Shown here in pieces: positions 1 through 9,529 of a stretch of 64,000 nucleotides of DNA; position 1 is the first letter of the stretch; the number at the start of each line of letters is the position of its first letter. Both the position numbers and the translations under genes were made by a program. Source of the DNA: Planctomycetota bacterium (GTDB taxonomy: Bacteria > Planctomycetota > UBA1135 > UBA2386); contig JBKAGP010000001.1 in NCBI GenBank assembly GCA_046290465.1, forward strand, positions 6,304,001 to 6,368,000, given 5' to 3'. Under the pieces are notes generated by a model. That model was not told the origin of the DNA, ran no database searches, and saw only the letters and a program-made list of their open reading frames with translations.

Positions 1-69
1 ATCCGCGCAACCGGGATCGCGGCAGGTCGTTGCCGGCGGAGCAGGCGGCCGTATGGTGGCCGTCCGGCA

Positions 70-1458
70 ATGCGCGACGACACGGTCGATACCACGACGA
101 CGGACGCACTCGGCGCGGCTCCGATCCGTCGCTGGACCGGCCGCGACCTGCTCGTGCTGGCCGCGATCTCGCTGCTGGCGGCGGCGCTGCGGCTGCTGCT
201 GATCGAGCAGTGGTCGTTCGGTCCCGGCGAAGGCGCGACCTGGCGCGCGATCACGCAGCCGATGTCCGGCGGCGCCGACGGCTTCCCGGCGAGCGAGCAG
301 AGCAGCTACCCGCTGGGCTTCCTCTTGCTGCGGGCGCTGGTCGAATCCGGTCTGTTGCCGGGCACGACCGAAGGCTGGCTCCGGCTGCCGTTCGCGTTCG
401 CCGGCTGCCTGGTCACGCCGCTGGTGGCGCTGTTCGCGCGGCCACTGCTCGGCCGCGCCTCTGGCCACCTCGCGGCGCTCGCGATCGCCGTGCATCCCGC
501 CCAGGTCGCCGCCAGCCAGACCGCCGACCCGGCCGTGTTCGCCGCCGCCGCCGCGCTCGCCGCCGGCGTGCTGTCGATGCGCGGCTGGCGCTGGTCCAGC
601 TACGTCGCCGTGGTCGTCTGCGGCGGCTGCCATCCGCTCGGCTGGTTCTGGGCGGCGGGGCTGGTGCTGGCGACGCGGCCGCTGGCGTGGGCGTCGCGCG
701 CGCCGCGCTGGTCGTGGCCGCTGCTGGCGCTGGCGGCGCTGCCGCTGCTGCCCGATCTGGTGCACGGCCCGGCGGTCGCGGCCCTGCTGCTCGCTGGGGC
801 GTCGTTCGCGCTGCGGTTGCCCGACGGGCGTGCGTTCGCGCTCGGGGCGCTGCTGCCGCTCGGCGCGGGCGGTCTGTGGTGGTGGTTCGATGCGTCGGTC
901 GGCGCGTCCGCGCGGGTGCTCGCGGCCCCGGTCGTCGCGGTCCTGGCGGCCTGGTCGTGCGTGCAGTTCGCACGCACCGCCGCCGAACGGCTCGACGTGT
1001 CGTCGCTGGCGAGGCGGCTGGTCGGCGCGGCGCCGACGGTGATGATGGTCGGCGAACTGCTGACCGCGACGTTCCTGTACTTCGCGGTCTACGACGGCGG
1101 CCGTGCGGCGTGGCGCGACGCGCGCGCGGCGGTGGCTTCGGCGCGGGTCGCCGGCCGCGACCTGGTGATCGTCACCGGCCGCGGCGCCGACGTGATGCGT
1201 TCGTACCTGCGGCCCAACCACTGGCGCGATCCCGGCCGCGACGCACACCCGGGCGTGCTCGTGCTGCCGCTCGCCGACGACGCCGCGGCGCGGGCCAGGC
1301 AGACCGAACTGCCGGGCGCGCTGTTCGTGCTGCAGCACGACGAACGTGCGCTGCTCGGCGACGCCGCCGACGCGTTCGTGGTGGTGGCGCTGTGGTCGGG
1401 TCCGCGAGCGGACGGGGATGGGTCGCTGTACGTGATGCGGCGACGCCAGCCGGACTGA
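70..1458 (+). CDS. Polytopic membrane protein, GT-C fold glycosyltransferase-like (ArnT/PMT family), degenerate
   Basis: Many hydrophobic segments. RLPFAFAGCLVTPLVALFARPLLGRASGHLAALAIAVHP resembles the GT-C 'RLPSAL.G...L...GR....AA.LLA..P' block. Soluble C-terminal domain. Confidence 0.55.
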   Translation: MRDDTVDTTTTDALGAAPIRRWTGRDLLVLAAISLLAAALRLLLIEQWSFGPGEGATWRAITQPMSGGADGFPASEQSSYPLGFLLLRALVESGLLPGTTEGWLRLPFAFAGCLVTPLVALFARPLLGRASGHLAALAIAVHPAQVAASQTADPAVFAAAAALAAGVLSMRGWRWSSYVAVVVCGGCHPLGWFWAAGLVLATRPLAWASRAPRWSWPLLALAALPLLPDLVHGPAVAALLLAGASFALRLPDGRAFALGALLPLGAGGLWWWFDASVGASARVLAAPVVAVLAAWSCVQFARTAAERLDVSSLARRLVGAAPTVMMVGELLTATFLYFAVYDGGRAAWRDARAAVASARVAGRDLVIVTGRGADVMRSYLRPNHWRDPGRDAHPGVLVLPLADDAAARARQTELPGALFVLQHDERALLGDAADAFVVVALWSGPRADGDGSLYVMRRRQPD

Positions 1459-3306
1459 TCACCAGCGGAACTGCTGCACCAGCGCTTCCAGTTGGGCGGC
1501 GGCTTGGCGCAGGTTGGTGGTCAACGACGCGGTATCCCCGGCGAGTTGGCGGGTTCGCTTGGTGCCGGCGTCGACGCGTGGGCAGACTTCGCCGATGGTG
1601 TTCGCGTCGGCCACCGCAGTCGCCACCAGGGCCTGCACCGAACCGCAGGTGCGGTCCTGGTCGGTGACGACCTGACGGATCTCGTTCTGGTGGTTGCGCA
1701 CGGACTCGACCAGCGTGCGCACGTCGGCCATCTCCGCGGCCGAACTCTCGCTCTCGCGCTGCAACTCGACGACCGACAGGTCGATCGTCGCGGCCTGCTC
1801 GGCGGTGCGCTGGGCCAGGCTGCGCACCTCGTCGGCGACCACCGCGAAGCCGGCACCCGCCTCGCCGGCGCGGGCGGCCTCGATGGCCGCGTTGAGCGCC
1901 AGCAGGTTGGTCTGGCTGGCCAGGCTGCGGATGATCTCGGTGACCTGGCCGATGTCCCGGCTGCTCTCGGCGAGCTTCTGCACGGCGCCGTCGACGCGCT
2001 GGACGGTGTTGGCAACGCGGGTCGACAACTGGTGGGCCTGCTCGGATCCGGCCATGACCTGGCTGCTGCCGGCGGCGAGCGCCACCGTGGTCCGTTCGGC
2101 GTCGCCGACCGCATCGCAGATGCTGCCGCCCTTCTGGGCCAGCACGTGCGCGTGGCCCTCGGCTTCACTGGCCTCCTCGCTGAGCGAGCACGCCGTCTGG
2201 TCGAGTTGCTCGACCGAGCGGTTGAGCTGTTCGATGTTGGTGCCGACCGACGTGACGGTCGCATGGATCTTCTCCACGAACGCGTTGAACCCGATGGCGA
2301 ACTCGCCGAGTTCGTCGTTCGATCGCACCTCGAGGCGCTGCGACAGGTCACAGTCACCTTCCCCGACCCCGCGCAGTACCTTGGCCATGCGGGCGATCGG
2401 ATGCACGACCGCGCGCATCAGCAGCACGACGAGGACTACCAGCAGCAACGCCGTGATCGCCAGCATCAGCCCTCGATCGAAGGCCGCGTCGGCGCCGTCC
2501 GAGGCGACGGCGGCATCGGCCCGTTCGCGGCGTGACTGCAGGGACTCGGCGAACGAGGTCGCGGCGGCCCGGAAGGCGCCGTGCGCGGTGACGCGACGCT
2601 CGACGTGCGCTACGAAGTCGTCGATCGCCGCGCCGAGCCGGGTCGCAGCGGCGGTCGCGGCGGCGCCGCGTTCGGCCACGGTGTCGTCGTCGACGGGCTC
2701 GAAGTCGAACTCGTCCGACTCTTCGTAGAGCGCGCGCAGCGAGCCGGTGATCGACTGGATGGACAGCGTGAGCTGCAGCCTGGCCTGCTCGCCGGGTTCG
2801 GTGCCGGCGGTCGCCGCGTAGCGGTAGAACGCCCCCTGGACCCGTGCGATCAGCTGTCGGACCTCCGAGATCACGAACGTCGCGTCGTCCTCGTCAAGGT
2901 CCAGCACGGCCTCCTCGAGCGCCGACAGCTTGACCAGCAGCGGCGCCTGGCTGGCCTCGACGCTGGTGCGGCTCGCCTCGATCGCCGCCCGCATCGGCAG
3001 CAGCGGCAGCACCGTCGCTGCGAAGGTGCCGGTGCCGGCACGCAGCTCCTCGGGGCCGTTGGCCGTGCACGCCTCGAGGGCCGCGAGGCCTTCGCGCAGC
3101 CTGGTTTCGGTCGCTTCTCCCTGCGTCAGGGCGCGCACCTGGATGCGTGCCTCCAGCACCAGGCTGCGCGCCTTGACCAGGTCGTTGACGAACGCGCTCT
3201 GGCGCTCGGTGCGCTGCACCTGGATCGAGTCCTGCCAGGACATCCATCCGAGCAGAGAACCCTGCAGCAGGACGGCGCCGATCAGCTTCGTTCGTAGTCG
3301 GGCCAT
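1459..3306 (-). CDS. Methyl-accepting chemotaxis protein (TM, periplasmic helical sensor, TM, HAMP, MA domain)
   Basis: [34 protein letters not shown] hairpin-tip signature; HAMP motif [18 protein letters not shown]; two TM helices. Confidence 0.95.
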   Translation of the reverse strand: MARLRTKLIGAVLLQGSLLGWMSWQDSIQVQRTERQSAFVNDLVKARSLVLEARIQVRALTQGEATETRLREGLAALEACTANGPEELRAGTGTFAATVLPLLPMRAAIEASRTSVEASQAPLLVKLSALEEAVLDLDEDDATFVISEVRQLIARVQGAFYRYAATAGTEPGEQARLQLTLSIQSITGSLRALYEESDEFDFEPVDDDTVAERGAAATAAATRLGAAIDDFVAHVERRVTAHGAFRAAATSFAESLQSRRERADAAVASDGADAAFDRGLMLAITALLLVVLVVLLMRAVVHPIARMAKVLRGVGEGDCDLSQRLEVRSNDELGEFAIGFNAFVEKIHATVTSVGTNIEQLNRSVEQLDQTACSLSEEASEAEGHAHVLAQKGGSICDAVGDAERTTVALAAGSSQVMAGSEQAHQLSTRVANTVQRVDGAVQKLAESSRDIGQVTEIIRSLASQTNLLALNAAIEAARAGEAGAGFAVVADEVRSLAQRTAEQAATIDLSVVELQRESESSAAEMADVRTLVESVRNHQNEIRQVVTDQDRTCGSVQALVATAVADANTIGEVCPRVDAGTKRTRQLAGDTASLTTNLRQAAAQLEALVQQFRW

Positions 3307-3333
3307 TGGAGTGTGGGCAGGATGTGGGCCTTG

Positions 3334-3984
3334 CTACTTGCCTAGATCGAGCTCGACCTGGGCGGCCTTGCCGTTGACGACGACGACCTCGTGCTGCAGC
3401 GAGTCGAACTTCTTGTTCCACGAGCGCAGCACGTACTTGCCGGCCGGCACGTCGGCGATCTCGAACTCGGCGCGATAGAACTTCTTGCCGTCGGCGTTCT
3501 TCTTGCGGCTCTTCTTCCACTTCGTCGCGGTGAAGAACGGCGAGTCGATCGCGACCACCGTCATGGTCATCTCCGGGTGCAGCCGGCAGACGATCGGAAA
3601 GCAGCCCGCCTTGTCGAACGTGTGCTCCTTCTTCTTGCCGGTCTCCATGTCGACGTCGAGCTTGCAGCAGTCGGTGTCGATGAACACGTTGTGGGTGACC
3701 TTGTCCCCGTTGAGGAACGTCACCCTGGTGCCGGTCTGCACCGGCAGCACGCGCGGCGAGAATTGCAGCTTCTTCTGGTTGACGGTGGCGGTCTTACCCT
3801 TGCCGGTCGTCGCGACCTTCTTGGTCGGGACCAGGTAGAGCACCATCTCCGCCTGCGACTGCGCGCCGCGCGTCCGCAGCCTCGCGGTGGTCGTCAGGTG
3901 GCCCTTGACCGAGCCGCTGGCCGGAGCCTGTGCCGGCAGCGACGCGGCCAGCAGCGTGGCGGCCGCGATTGGCAGGATGCGCAT
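3334..3984 (-). CDS. Secreted cupredoxin-domain protein (type-1 copper site)
   Basis: Signal peptide; THNV and CRLHPEM supply His/Cys/His/Met ligands; FSPRVLPVQTGTRVTFLNGD is a cupredoxin strand pattern. The start overlaps the upstream stop (alternative GTG at 3987). Confidence 0.8.
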   Translation of the reverse strand: MRILPIAAATLLAASLPAQAPASGSVKGHLTTTARLRTRGAQSQAEMVLYLVPTKKVATTGKGKTATVNQKKLQFSPRVLPVQTGTRVTFLNGDKVTHNVFIDTDCCKLDVDMETGKKKEHTFDKAGCFPIVCRLHPEMTMTVVAIDSPFFTATKWKKSRKKNADGKKFYRAEFEIADVPAGKYVLRSWNKKFDSLQHEVVVVNGKAAQVELDLGK

Positions 3985-5150
3985 CACTTGCCTTGCTCCT
4001 CTGGTTGGCCTGCCGACGGCAGCGGCGGCAGCAGTGGGCGGCCCTGGTAGGTGCCGGTCAGCGACCGCAGGAACGCGACGAGGTCGCCGGTATCGCGCTC
4101 GTCGAGTTCGATCCCGAGCTGGTGATCGGCCATCTCGCGCACGGCCTGGGCCAGTGTCGCGACCGAGCCATCGTGGAAGTAGGGCGAGGTCACCGCGACG
4201 TTGCGCAGCGACGGCACCTTGAACATGTGGCGATCACGTTCGTCCTTGGTCACGTTGAACCGGCCGAGGTCGGCGTGCATGACGGCGCGGTCGGTGAAGT
4301 AGTCCTTGGCGCGGCCGAGCTTCTGGAACGCCTTGCCGCCGGCCGCTTCGCCGTAGTGGCACTCGGTGCAGCCGACGTGCTTGAACAACGCGTAGCCGCG
4401 CAGCTGGGATTCGTTCAGCGCGCCCTCGTCGCCTTCGAGCCAGCGATCGAACGGCGCATCCGGAGTGACCAGCGTCAGCTCGAACGTCGCGATCGCCTCG
4501 AGGATGTGGTCGCGGTCGATGTCGTCCTCGCCCTCGACGTCGTCGAAGGCCTTGGCGAATGCGGCCACGTAGGCCCGGTCCTGCTGGATGCGTGCGACGA
4601 TCTCGTCGAAGTCGCTGCCCATCTCCCCGGCCGCCTCGGGCGGACCGCCTGCTTGCTCCTGCAGGTCCTGCGCACGCCCGTCCCAGAACTGCGCGACCGA
4701 CAGCGCTGCGTTGAACACGGTCGGGGTGTTGACGGGGCCGACCTGGCCGTAGATGCCGACGGCACGGGCGAAGCGATCGATCCCGCCGAAGCGCAGGTCG
4801 TGGCAGGTGGCGCACGAGACCGTGAAGTCCTTCGACAGGCGCGTGTCGTGGAACAGCATGCGACCGAGCTCGATCCGCGCCGGGTCGTTCTCGAGTCCGG
4901 TGATCTCCTCGAGTTCTTCGAGATCGGGCAACACCTCCAGCGGCTCGTCGTCGGTCGGCGTGCGCAGCACCACCAGCGCGGCTTCCGCCTGGTCCGCCAC
5001 GCTCGTTTCCCCGGCCGGCGCCGGCGCCGGCTGTGGCGCAGGGTCCCCGACCGATGGTTGCTGCGTTCGGGTGATCTCTTCGTTGGTTCCCTGGCAGGCG
5101 GACGCCAGCAGGACATAGCCGAAGAGCGTAGCAATACGCGTTGGTAGCAT
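3984..5150 (-). CDS. Diheme cytochrome c peroxidase family lipoprotein
   Basis: CATCH and CTECH heme motifs; NTPTVFNA, QFWDGRA, FKVPSLRNV and PYFHDGS motifs; lipobox-like LASAC. Alternative start at 5165. Confidence 0.9.
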   Translation of the reverse strand: MLPTRIATLFGYVLLASACQGTNEEITRTQQPSVGDPAPQPAPAPAGETSVADQAEAALVVLRTPTDDEPLEVLPDLEELEEITGLENDPARIELGRMLFHDTRLSKDFTVSCATCHDLRFGGIDRFARAVGIYGQVGPVNTPTVFNAALSVAQFWDGRAQDLQEQAGGPPEAAGEMGSDFDEIVARIQQDRAYVAAFAKAFDDVEGEDDIDRDHILEAIATFELTLVTPDAPFDRWLEGDEGALNESQLRGYALFKHVGCTECHYGEAAGGKAFQKLGRAKDYFTDRAVMHADLGRFNVTKDERDRHMFKVPSLRNVAVTSPYFHDGSVATLAQAVREMADHQLGIELDERDTGDLVAFLRSLTGTYQGRPLLPPLPSAGQPEEQGK

Positions 5151-5234
5151 GAGCACCCCCGGCATCGTCCGGATGCGGGGGCCGCGTTCAGGTGTGATAC
5201 GCCTAGGGGATCACCCGCGCCCCGGTCGCCACCC

Positions 5235-6146
5235 TCAGCCGCGCGGGTGCAGCCGCTGGTGCACGGCGCGCAGCCGCTCGTGGTCGACGTGCGTGTAGAT
5301 CTGCGTCGTCTGCAGCGACGCGTGGCCGAGCATCTCCTGCACGCTGCGCAGGTCGGCGCCGCCGGCGACCAGGTGGGTGGCGAACGAATGGCGCAGCGCG
5401 TGCGGCGAGCAGGCGACGTCGAGGCCGGCGTCGGCGGCGGCCTTGCGCACGACCTGGTAGATGCGCACGCGGTCGAGCGGCCGGCCGGTGCGCGACAGGA
5501 ACAGCACGTCGCCGGGATCGCGCCCGGCCCGCTGACGCAGCTTCGGCCGCACCTGCTCGCGGTAGCGCTGCAGCCACTGCAGCGCGACGTCGGCGATCGG
5601 CACCAGCCGCTCCTTGTTGCCCTTGCCGAACGCGCGCAGCATGCGGTGCTGCTCGACGATGCTGGTGGTGCGCAGGTTGGTGACCTCGCTGACGCGGCAG
5701 CCGGTCGCGTAGAGCACGTGCAGGATCGCGAGGTCGCGCACCGCGAGGTCGCCGTCGGCGTCGCGCTGCAGCATGCGTTCGACGTGGCGGCGGCTCAGCG
5801 CCTTGGGCAGCTTCTGCTCGAGCCTGGCGCCGAGCAGGCCGTCGGTGACGTCGTCGTCGGCCAAGCCCTCGGCGTGCAAGAACCGGTAGAAGCCGCGGAT
5901 CGCCGCCGCGGCGCGCGCGACCGACGCCGGCGCGTGGGTCTCGAGCAGTTCGCCGAGGTGGCGGTCGATCCGTTCGCGGTCCGGCAGCCGGTCCTCGTCC
6001 CGCAGCAGCCGCTCGAGGTCATTGCGGTAGGCGGCGACGGTGTGGCGGGATACCTGCAGTTCGGCGCCGAGGTGCACCAGGAAGTCCGCCATCGCCTGCT
6101 GGGGCCGCGCCCCGGGCTGGTCTCGGTCCGCCGCATTCCGCCGCAT
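5235..6146 (-). CDS. xerD: Site-specific tyrosine recombinase XerD/XerC family
   Basis: LYATGCRVSE, GKGNKERLVP, SPHALRHSFATHL, DLRSVQEMLGHASLQTTQIYTHV and a C-terminal HPR. Start uncertain (6146 or 6092). Confidence 0.85.
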   Translation of the reverse strand: MRRNAADRDQPGARPQQAMADFLVHLGAELQVSRHTVAAYRNDLERLLRDEDRLPDRERIDRHLGELLETHAPASVARAAAAIRGFYRFLHAEGLADDDVTDGLLGARLEQKLPKALSRRHVERMLQRDADGDLAVRDLAILHVLYATGCRVSEVTNLRTTSIVEQHRMLRAFGKGNKERLVPIADVALQWLQRYREQVRPKLRQRAGRDPGDVLFLSRTGRPLDRVRIYQVVRKAAADAGLDVACSPHALRHSFATHLVAGGADLRSVQEMLGHASLQTTQIYTHVDHERLRAVHQRLHPRG

Positions 6147-6325
6147 CCGGGCATTCTCGACCGCTCGGCACGTCCAGGAAAGAGAAGAACGGCGATCGCG
6201 TCGGGCCTGTCTTGACCGTCTGTCTGGGCCTCCGTATCGTCCTCGCCCCTCGACCGGGGGTTGTTCCGCGGTCGACGCCATCCAACCGTGTCCGAACGGC
6301 TGTCGAACCCAGGCAGCCCAGCAAC

Positions 6326-6766
6326 ATGCCGAAGCCGACCAAGACCGAGCTGAAGAAGTACCAGGACATCCTGAAGCTGCAACTCGCCACGCTGAAGGGA
6401 GATGTAGGCTCGATGCGCGACGAGGCGCTGCGTGCCTCGGACCAGGACGCCTCGGTGGACCACCTCGCCGACCAGGGCACCGACAACTACGACCAGGGCT
6501 TCATGCTGAGCCTGATCGAGAACGAGGAGGAGACCATCAAGCTGATCGAGGAGGCGCTCGATCGCATCGATGGCGAGGGCGACTGGCCGTTCGGCGCCTG
6601 CCCGATGTGCCTCGAGGAGGCCGAGGAGGCCAAGGCGGCGAAGAAGAAGACCGGCAAGAAGGCCGCCGACGCCTGGATCCCGAAGGCCCGCCTCGAGTAC
6701 CTGCCGTGGGCGCGCTACTGCGTCGCGCACCAGGAGACCGAGGAACGCAACCGCGAGAGCGCGTGA
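6326..6766 (+). CDS. TraR/DksA family zinc-finger transcriptional regulator
   Basis: Coiled coil with HLADQGTD tip; IEEALDRI..G..FG.CPMC...IPKARLEYLPWARYCVAH; adjacent to lspA. Confidence 0.85.
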   Translation: MPKPTKTELKKYQDILKLQLATLKGDVGSMRDEALRASDQDASVDHLADQGTDNYDQGFMLSLIENEEETIKLIEEALDRIDGEGDWPFGACPMCLEEAEEAKAAKKKTGKKAADAWIPKARLEYLPWARYCVAHQETEERNRESA

Positions 6767-7371
6767 GCGACACGCCCGAGGCCGCGGCTGCCGCCGCCGG
6801 GGGCGAACGGCCCCAGGCAGCGACGGAGCCGAAGACGCTCGCCGGCAAGTGGTGGTTCTGGCTGCCGTGGCCGCTGCTGGTCGTCGCCGACCTCTGGAGC
6901 AAGGCGGCGGTGTTCGCCTTCATGGCGGAGAAGCATCCGGACCTGGTCGAGGAGCGCCGGCCGCCGCACCTGGTCTTCCAGACCGACGTCCTGCAGTTCG
7001 ACCTGGTGACCTGGGGCAACACCGGCACCATCTGGGGGCTGTTCCAGGACGGCACGCTGGTGCTGATGATCCTGCGTTGCTTCGCGCTGGTCGGCCTGCT
7101 GTGGTTCGTGCGCACGACGTCGCGCACCGCGCGGCTACAGCTGCTGGTCCTGAGCCTCGTGTTCGCCGGGGCCGTCGGCAACCTGTACGACAACTTCGTG
7201 CGCGCCGACCGCTCGGTCCGGGACTTCCTGCACTTCTCGGGTTCGTGGCCGTGGCAGTGGGACTTTCCGGCGTTCAACGTCGCCGACTCGTGCATCACGG
7301 TGGGGGCGATCGGCCTGTTCTTGCTGTTGTGGCGGGACGATCGCGCCCCAAACAAGAAGCAGGTATCCTGA
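6763..7371 (+). CDS. lspA: Lipoprotein signal peptidase II
   Basis: DLWSK, NTG, GAVGNLYD, VRDF and PAFNVADSCI motifs; GTG overlaps the upstream TGA. Confidence 0.93.
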   Translation: MSDTPEAAAAAAGGERPQAATEPKTLAGKWWFWLPWPLLVVADLWSKAAVFAFMAEKHPDLVEERRPPHLVFQTDVLQFDLVTWGNTGTIWGLFQDGTLVLMILRCFALVGLLWFVRTTSRTARLQLLVLSLVFAGAVGNLYDNFVRADRSVRDFLHFSGSWPWQWDFPAFNVADSCITVGAIGLFLLLWRDDRAPNKKQVS

Positions 7372-7384
7372 TCCCGGTCCCATC

Positions 7385-8332
7385 GTGCTCCAGACCCGAC
7401 TCCACAGCCTCGAACTCGACAACCCGGTGCTCAGCGCGTCGGGCACCTTCGGGTCCGGCTGGGAGGGGCGGCAGTTCTCCGACCTCGGCATGGTCGGCGG
7501 GCTGGTCAGCAAGACGGTGACGCTGGCGCCGCGGCCCGGCAACCCGCCGCCGCGCATCCAGGAGACGCCGTCGGGCATGCTGAACGCGATCGGCCTCGAG
7601 AACAAAGGGGCCGACCACTTCCTCGCCGAGACGCTGCCGCGCATGCACGAACTGGCGGCCGGCGGCCGCCGCGACGGCCGCCACGGCCCGCGCGTGATCG
7701 TCAACATCGGCGGCTCCGACGACGAACTGCAGCAGCTGGCGCAGCGCTTCTGCGAGGCCGGCGTCGACGCGCTCGAGGTCAACCTGTCGTGTCCCAACGT
7801 CGCGCACGGCACGCGCGCCTCGACCGACCCGGAGCTGACCGAGCGCACGGTCGCCGCGGTCAAGCGGGTCGCGACCGTGCCGGTGTTCGCCAAGCTGACG
7901 CCGAACATCGCCGACGTCGTGCCGATCGCGACCGCGGCCAAGGCCGGCGGCGCCGACGGCGTCACGCTGATCAACACGCTGGTCGGCATGGCGATGGACT
8001 GGCGGAAGCGCCGGCCGGTGCTCGGCAACGTCACCGGCGGCCTGTCGGGGCCGGCGGTCAAGCCGGTCGCGATGCGCATCGTCTACCAGGTCGGCAAGGC
8101 GCTGCCGGACCTGCCGATCCTCGCGGTCGGTGGCGCCCACTCGGCGCAGTGCGTGCTCGAGTTCCTGTGTGCGGGTGCCTCGGCGGTGCAGTTCGGCACC
8201 GCGATGTTCTCGGACCCGACGCTGATGGTGCGCGTCGCCGACGAGCTCGAGGAGCTGCTGGCCGCCGCCGGCACCACGGTCGCAGACCTGCGCGGTGCGG
8301 CGCACCGCGAGGTCGCGGAGGTGACGCGATGA
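7385..8332 (+). CDS. pyrD: Dihydroorotate dehydrogenase, family 1 (B-type catalytic subunit)
   Basis: ASGTFG, GNPPPRI.ETPSGMLNAIGLEN, EVNLSCPN, KLTPN, INT and GGLSGPAVKP motifs. Confidence 0.93.
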   Translation: MLQTRLHSLELDNPVLSASGTFGSGWEGRQFSDLGMVGGLVSKTVTLAPRPGNPPPRIQETPSGMLNAIGLENKGADHFLAETLPRMHELAAGGRRDGRHGPRVIVNIGGSDDELQQLAQRFCEAGVDALEVNLSCPNVAHGTRASTDPELTERTVAAVKRVATVPVFAKLTPNIADVVPIATAAKAGGADGVTLINTLVGMAMDWRKRRPVLGNVTGGLSGPAVKPVAMRIVYQVGKALPDLPILAVGGAHSAQCVLEFLCAGASAVQFGTAMFSDPTLMVRVADELEELLAAAGTTVADLRGAAHREVAEVTR

Positions 8333-9168
8333 AGCTCACCTCGCTGACCCGGGAGATGGTCGAGCGCGCGGTCTCGATCTATCAGGACCTCGCCTACGGA
8401 TCGGTCGCGCCGAGGCGCCGCATCGCAACCGGCGCCGACGGCGGCAAGGGGCCGCTCGGCATGTTCCACAAGGAGCAGGTCGAGTGCGTGCCGGGCCACG
8501 CGTGCCAGCGCTTCAGCATGCGGCTCGGCAACCGCAACTACCCGTTCATGAAGCTGCTCCTGCAGGAGCACCTGATCGCCGGCGAGTTCTTCTTCGCGGT
8601 CGACACCCACGACCAGATGGAGATCGGGCCGGAGTTTCCCGACTACGAGCAGTGGATGGCGGTGCGCAAGTTCAACTGCGAACTGAAGCGACGCATCGAG
8701 GACAGCTTCGAGCAGGCCGGCCTGGACACGGCGGCGGTCGTGCGCGGCCTGATCGTCGACGAGTGCCGCGACGACGGCAAGCCGTGCCGCGGTCTGGTGC
8801 TGATCGTCGACGACGAGGAGGACCTCGCCGCCGCGGTCGAGGCGCTGATCCAGCGGGCCGGCTTCCGGACCTGCAAGGTGCACGACGGCCGTTCGGCGCT
8901 GGTCGCCACCCGCGAACTGGCGCCGGACCTCGTGCTGCTCGACTACGAACTGCCCGAGCTCGACGGCCTGCAGGTGATCGACGAGCTGCGTCGCGACGCC
9001 GCGACGCGCGACGTGCCGGTGCTGCTCAACAGCGCCGCGCGCATGACGATGGCCGACATCCAGCGCGCCGACGGCTTCCTCAGCAAGCCGTTCCCGGAGA
9101 GCCTGCTCAACGCGATGATCGACCGCGTGCTCGACAAGCACGCGGCGGGCCGCGGGAGGCGCGCGTGA
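8329..9168 (+). CDS. Response regulator with an unrecognised N-terminal domain and a C-terminal receiver domain
   Basis: Receiver motifs LIVDDEE, DLVLLD.ELPELDG and FLSKPF. The ATG overlaps the pyrD TGA. Confidence 0.8.
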   Translation: MKLTSLTREMVERAVSIYQDLAYGSVAPRRRIATGADGGKGPLGMFHKEQVECVPGHACQRFSMRLGNRNYPFMKLLLQEHLIAGEFFFAVDTHDQMEIGPEFPDYEQWMAVRKFNCELKRRIEDSFEQAGLDTAAVVRGLIVDECRDDGKPCRGLVLIVDDEEDLAAAVEALIQRAGFRTCKVHDGRSALVATRELAPDLVLLDYELPELDGLQVIDELRRDAATRDVPVLLNSAARMTMADIQRADGFLSKPFPESLLNAMIDRVLDKHAAGRGRRA

Positions 9169-9482
9169 GCACCGACGAGAGCAACGCGGCGGCGCCGCCG
9201 CGCAGCGTGCGCGCCACCGGCTTCGTGTCGGCGGTGCTGCTGGTGGTGCTGTTGGCGACGACCGGCCTGCCGGTCGACGCGCAGCATCTGGGTGACGAAC
9301 AACAGGTCGCCTGCTGCGTGGTGCAGCGCACCCACAGCGCCTTCCGGGCGTGCGAACCCGAGGACCTCGCCGGCGCGGACACCGCGACCATCGAGGTCGC
9401 CCCGCCCAGGGTCGCGCCGCGCACCGCGCGGGTCGACAGCTGGGGGCTGCCGCCGCCGCGCGCACCGACGAACCGACGCTGA
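9165..9482 (+). CDS. Small exported protein upstream of secA; candidate translation-arrest (SecM-like) leader
   Basis: GGGAGG RBS; GTG overlaps the upstream TGA; 105 aa; hydrophobic signal VSAVLLVVLLATTGLPVDA-Q; C-terminus WGLPPPRAPTNRR. Confidence 0.65.
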   Translation: MSTDESNAAAPPRSVRATGFVSAVLLVVLLATTGLPVDAQHLGDEQQVACCVVQRTHSAFRACEPEDLAGADTATIEVAPPRVAPRTARVDSWGLPPPRAPTNRR

Positions 9483-9502
9483 TCGCGTCCATCCGTTCGT
9501 CC

Positions 9503-9529
9503 ATTCCACGTTGTCTATTCCACGTTGTC
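9503..9529. repeat. 13-bp direct repeat ATTCCACGTTGTC x2 (14-bp period) in the secA leader
   Basis: Exact copies at 9503-9515 and 9517-9529. Confidence 0.8.

Noticed and set aside
5194..5214. GTGAT-N11-ATCAC upstream of the peroxidase as an FNR/CRP box
   Set aside because: The spacer is too long for CRP/FNR geometry and the arms are short enough to arise by chance.
5235..6146. Tyrosine recombinase as an integrase of a mobile element
   Set aside because: XerD-type signature (TTQIYTHV, HPR terminus), housekeeping context, and no att repeats or phage genes seen.
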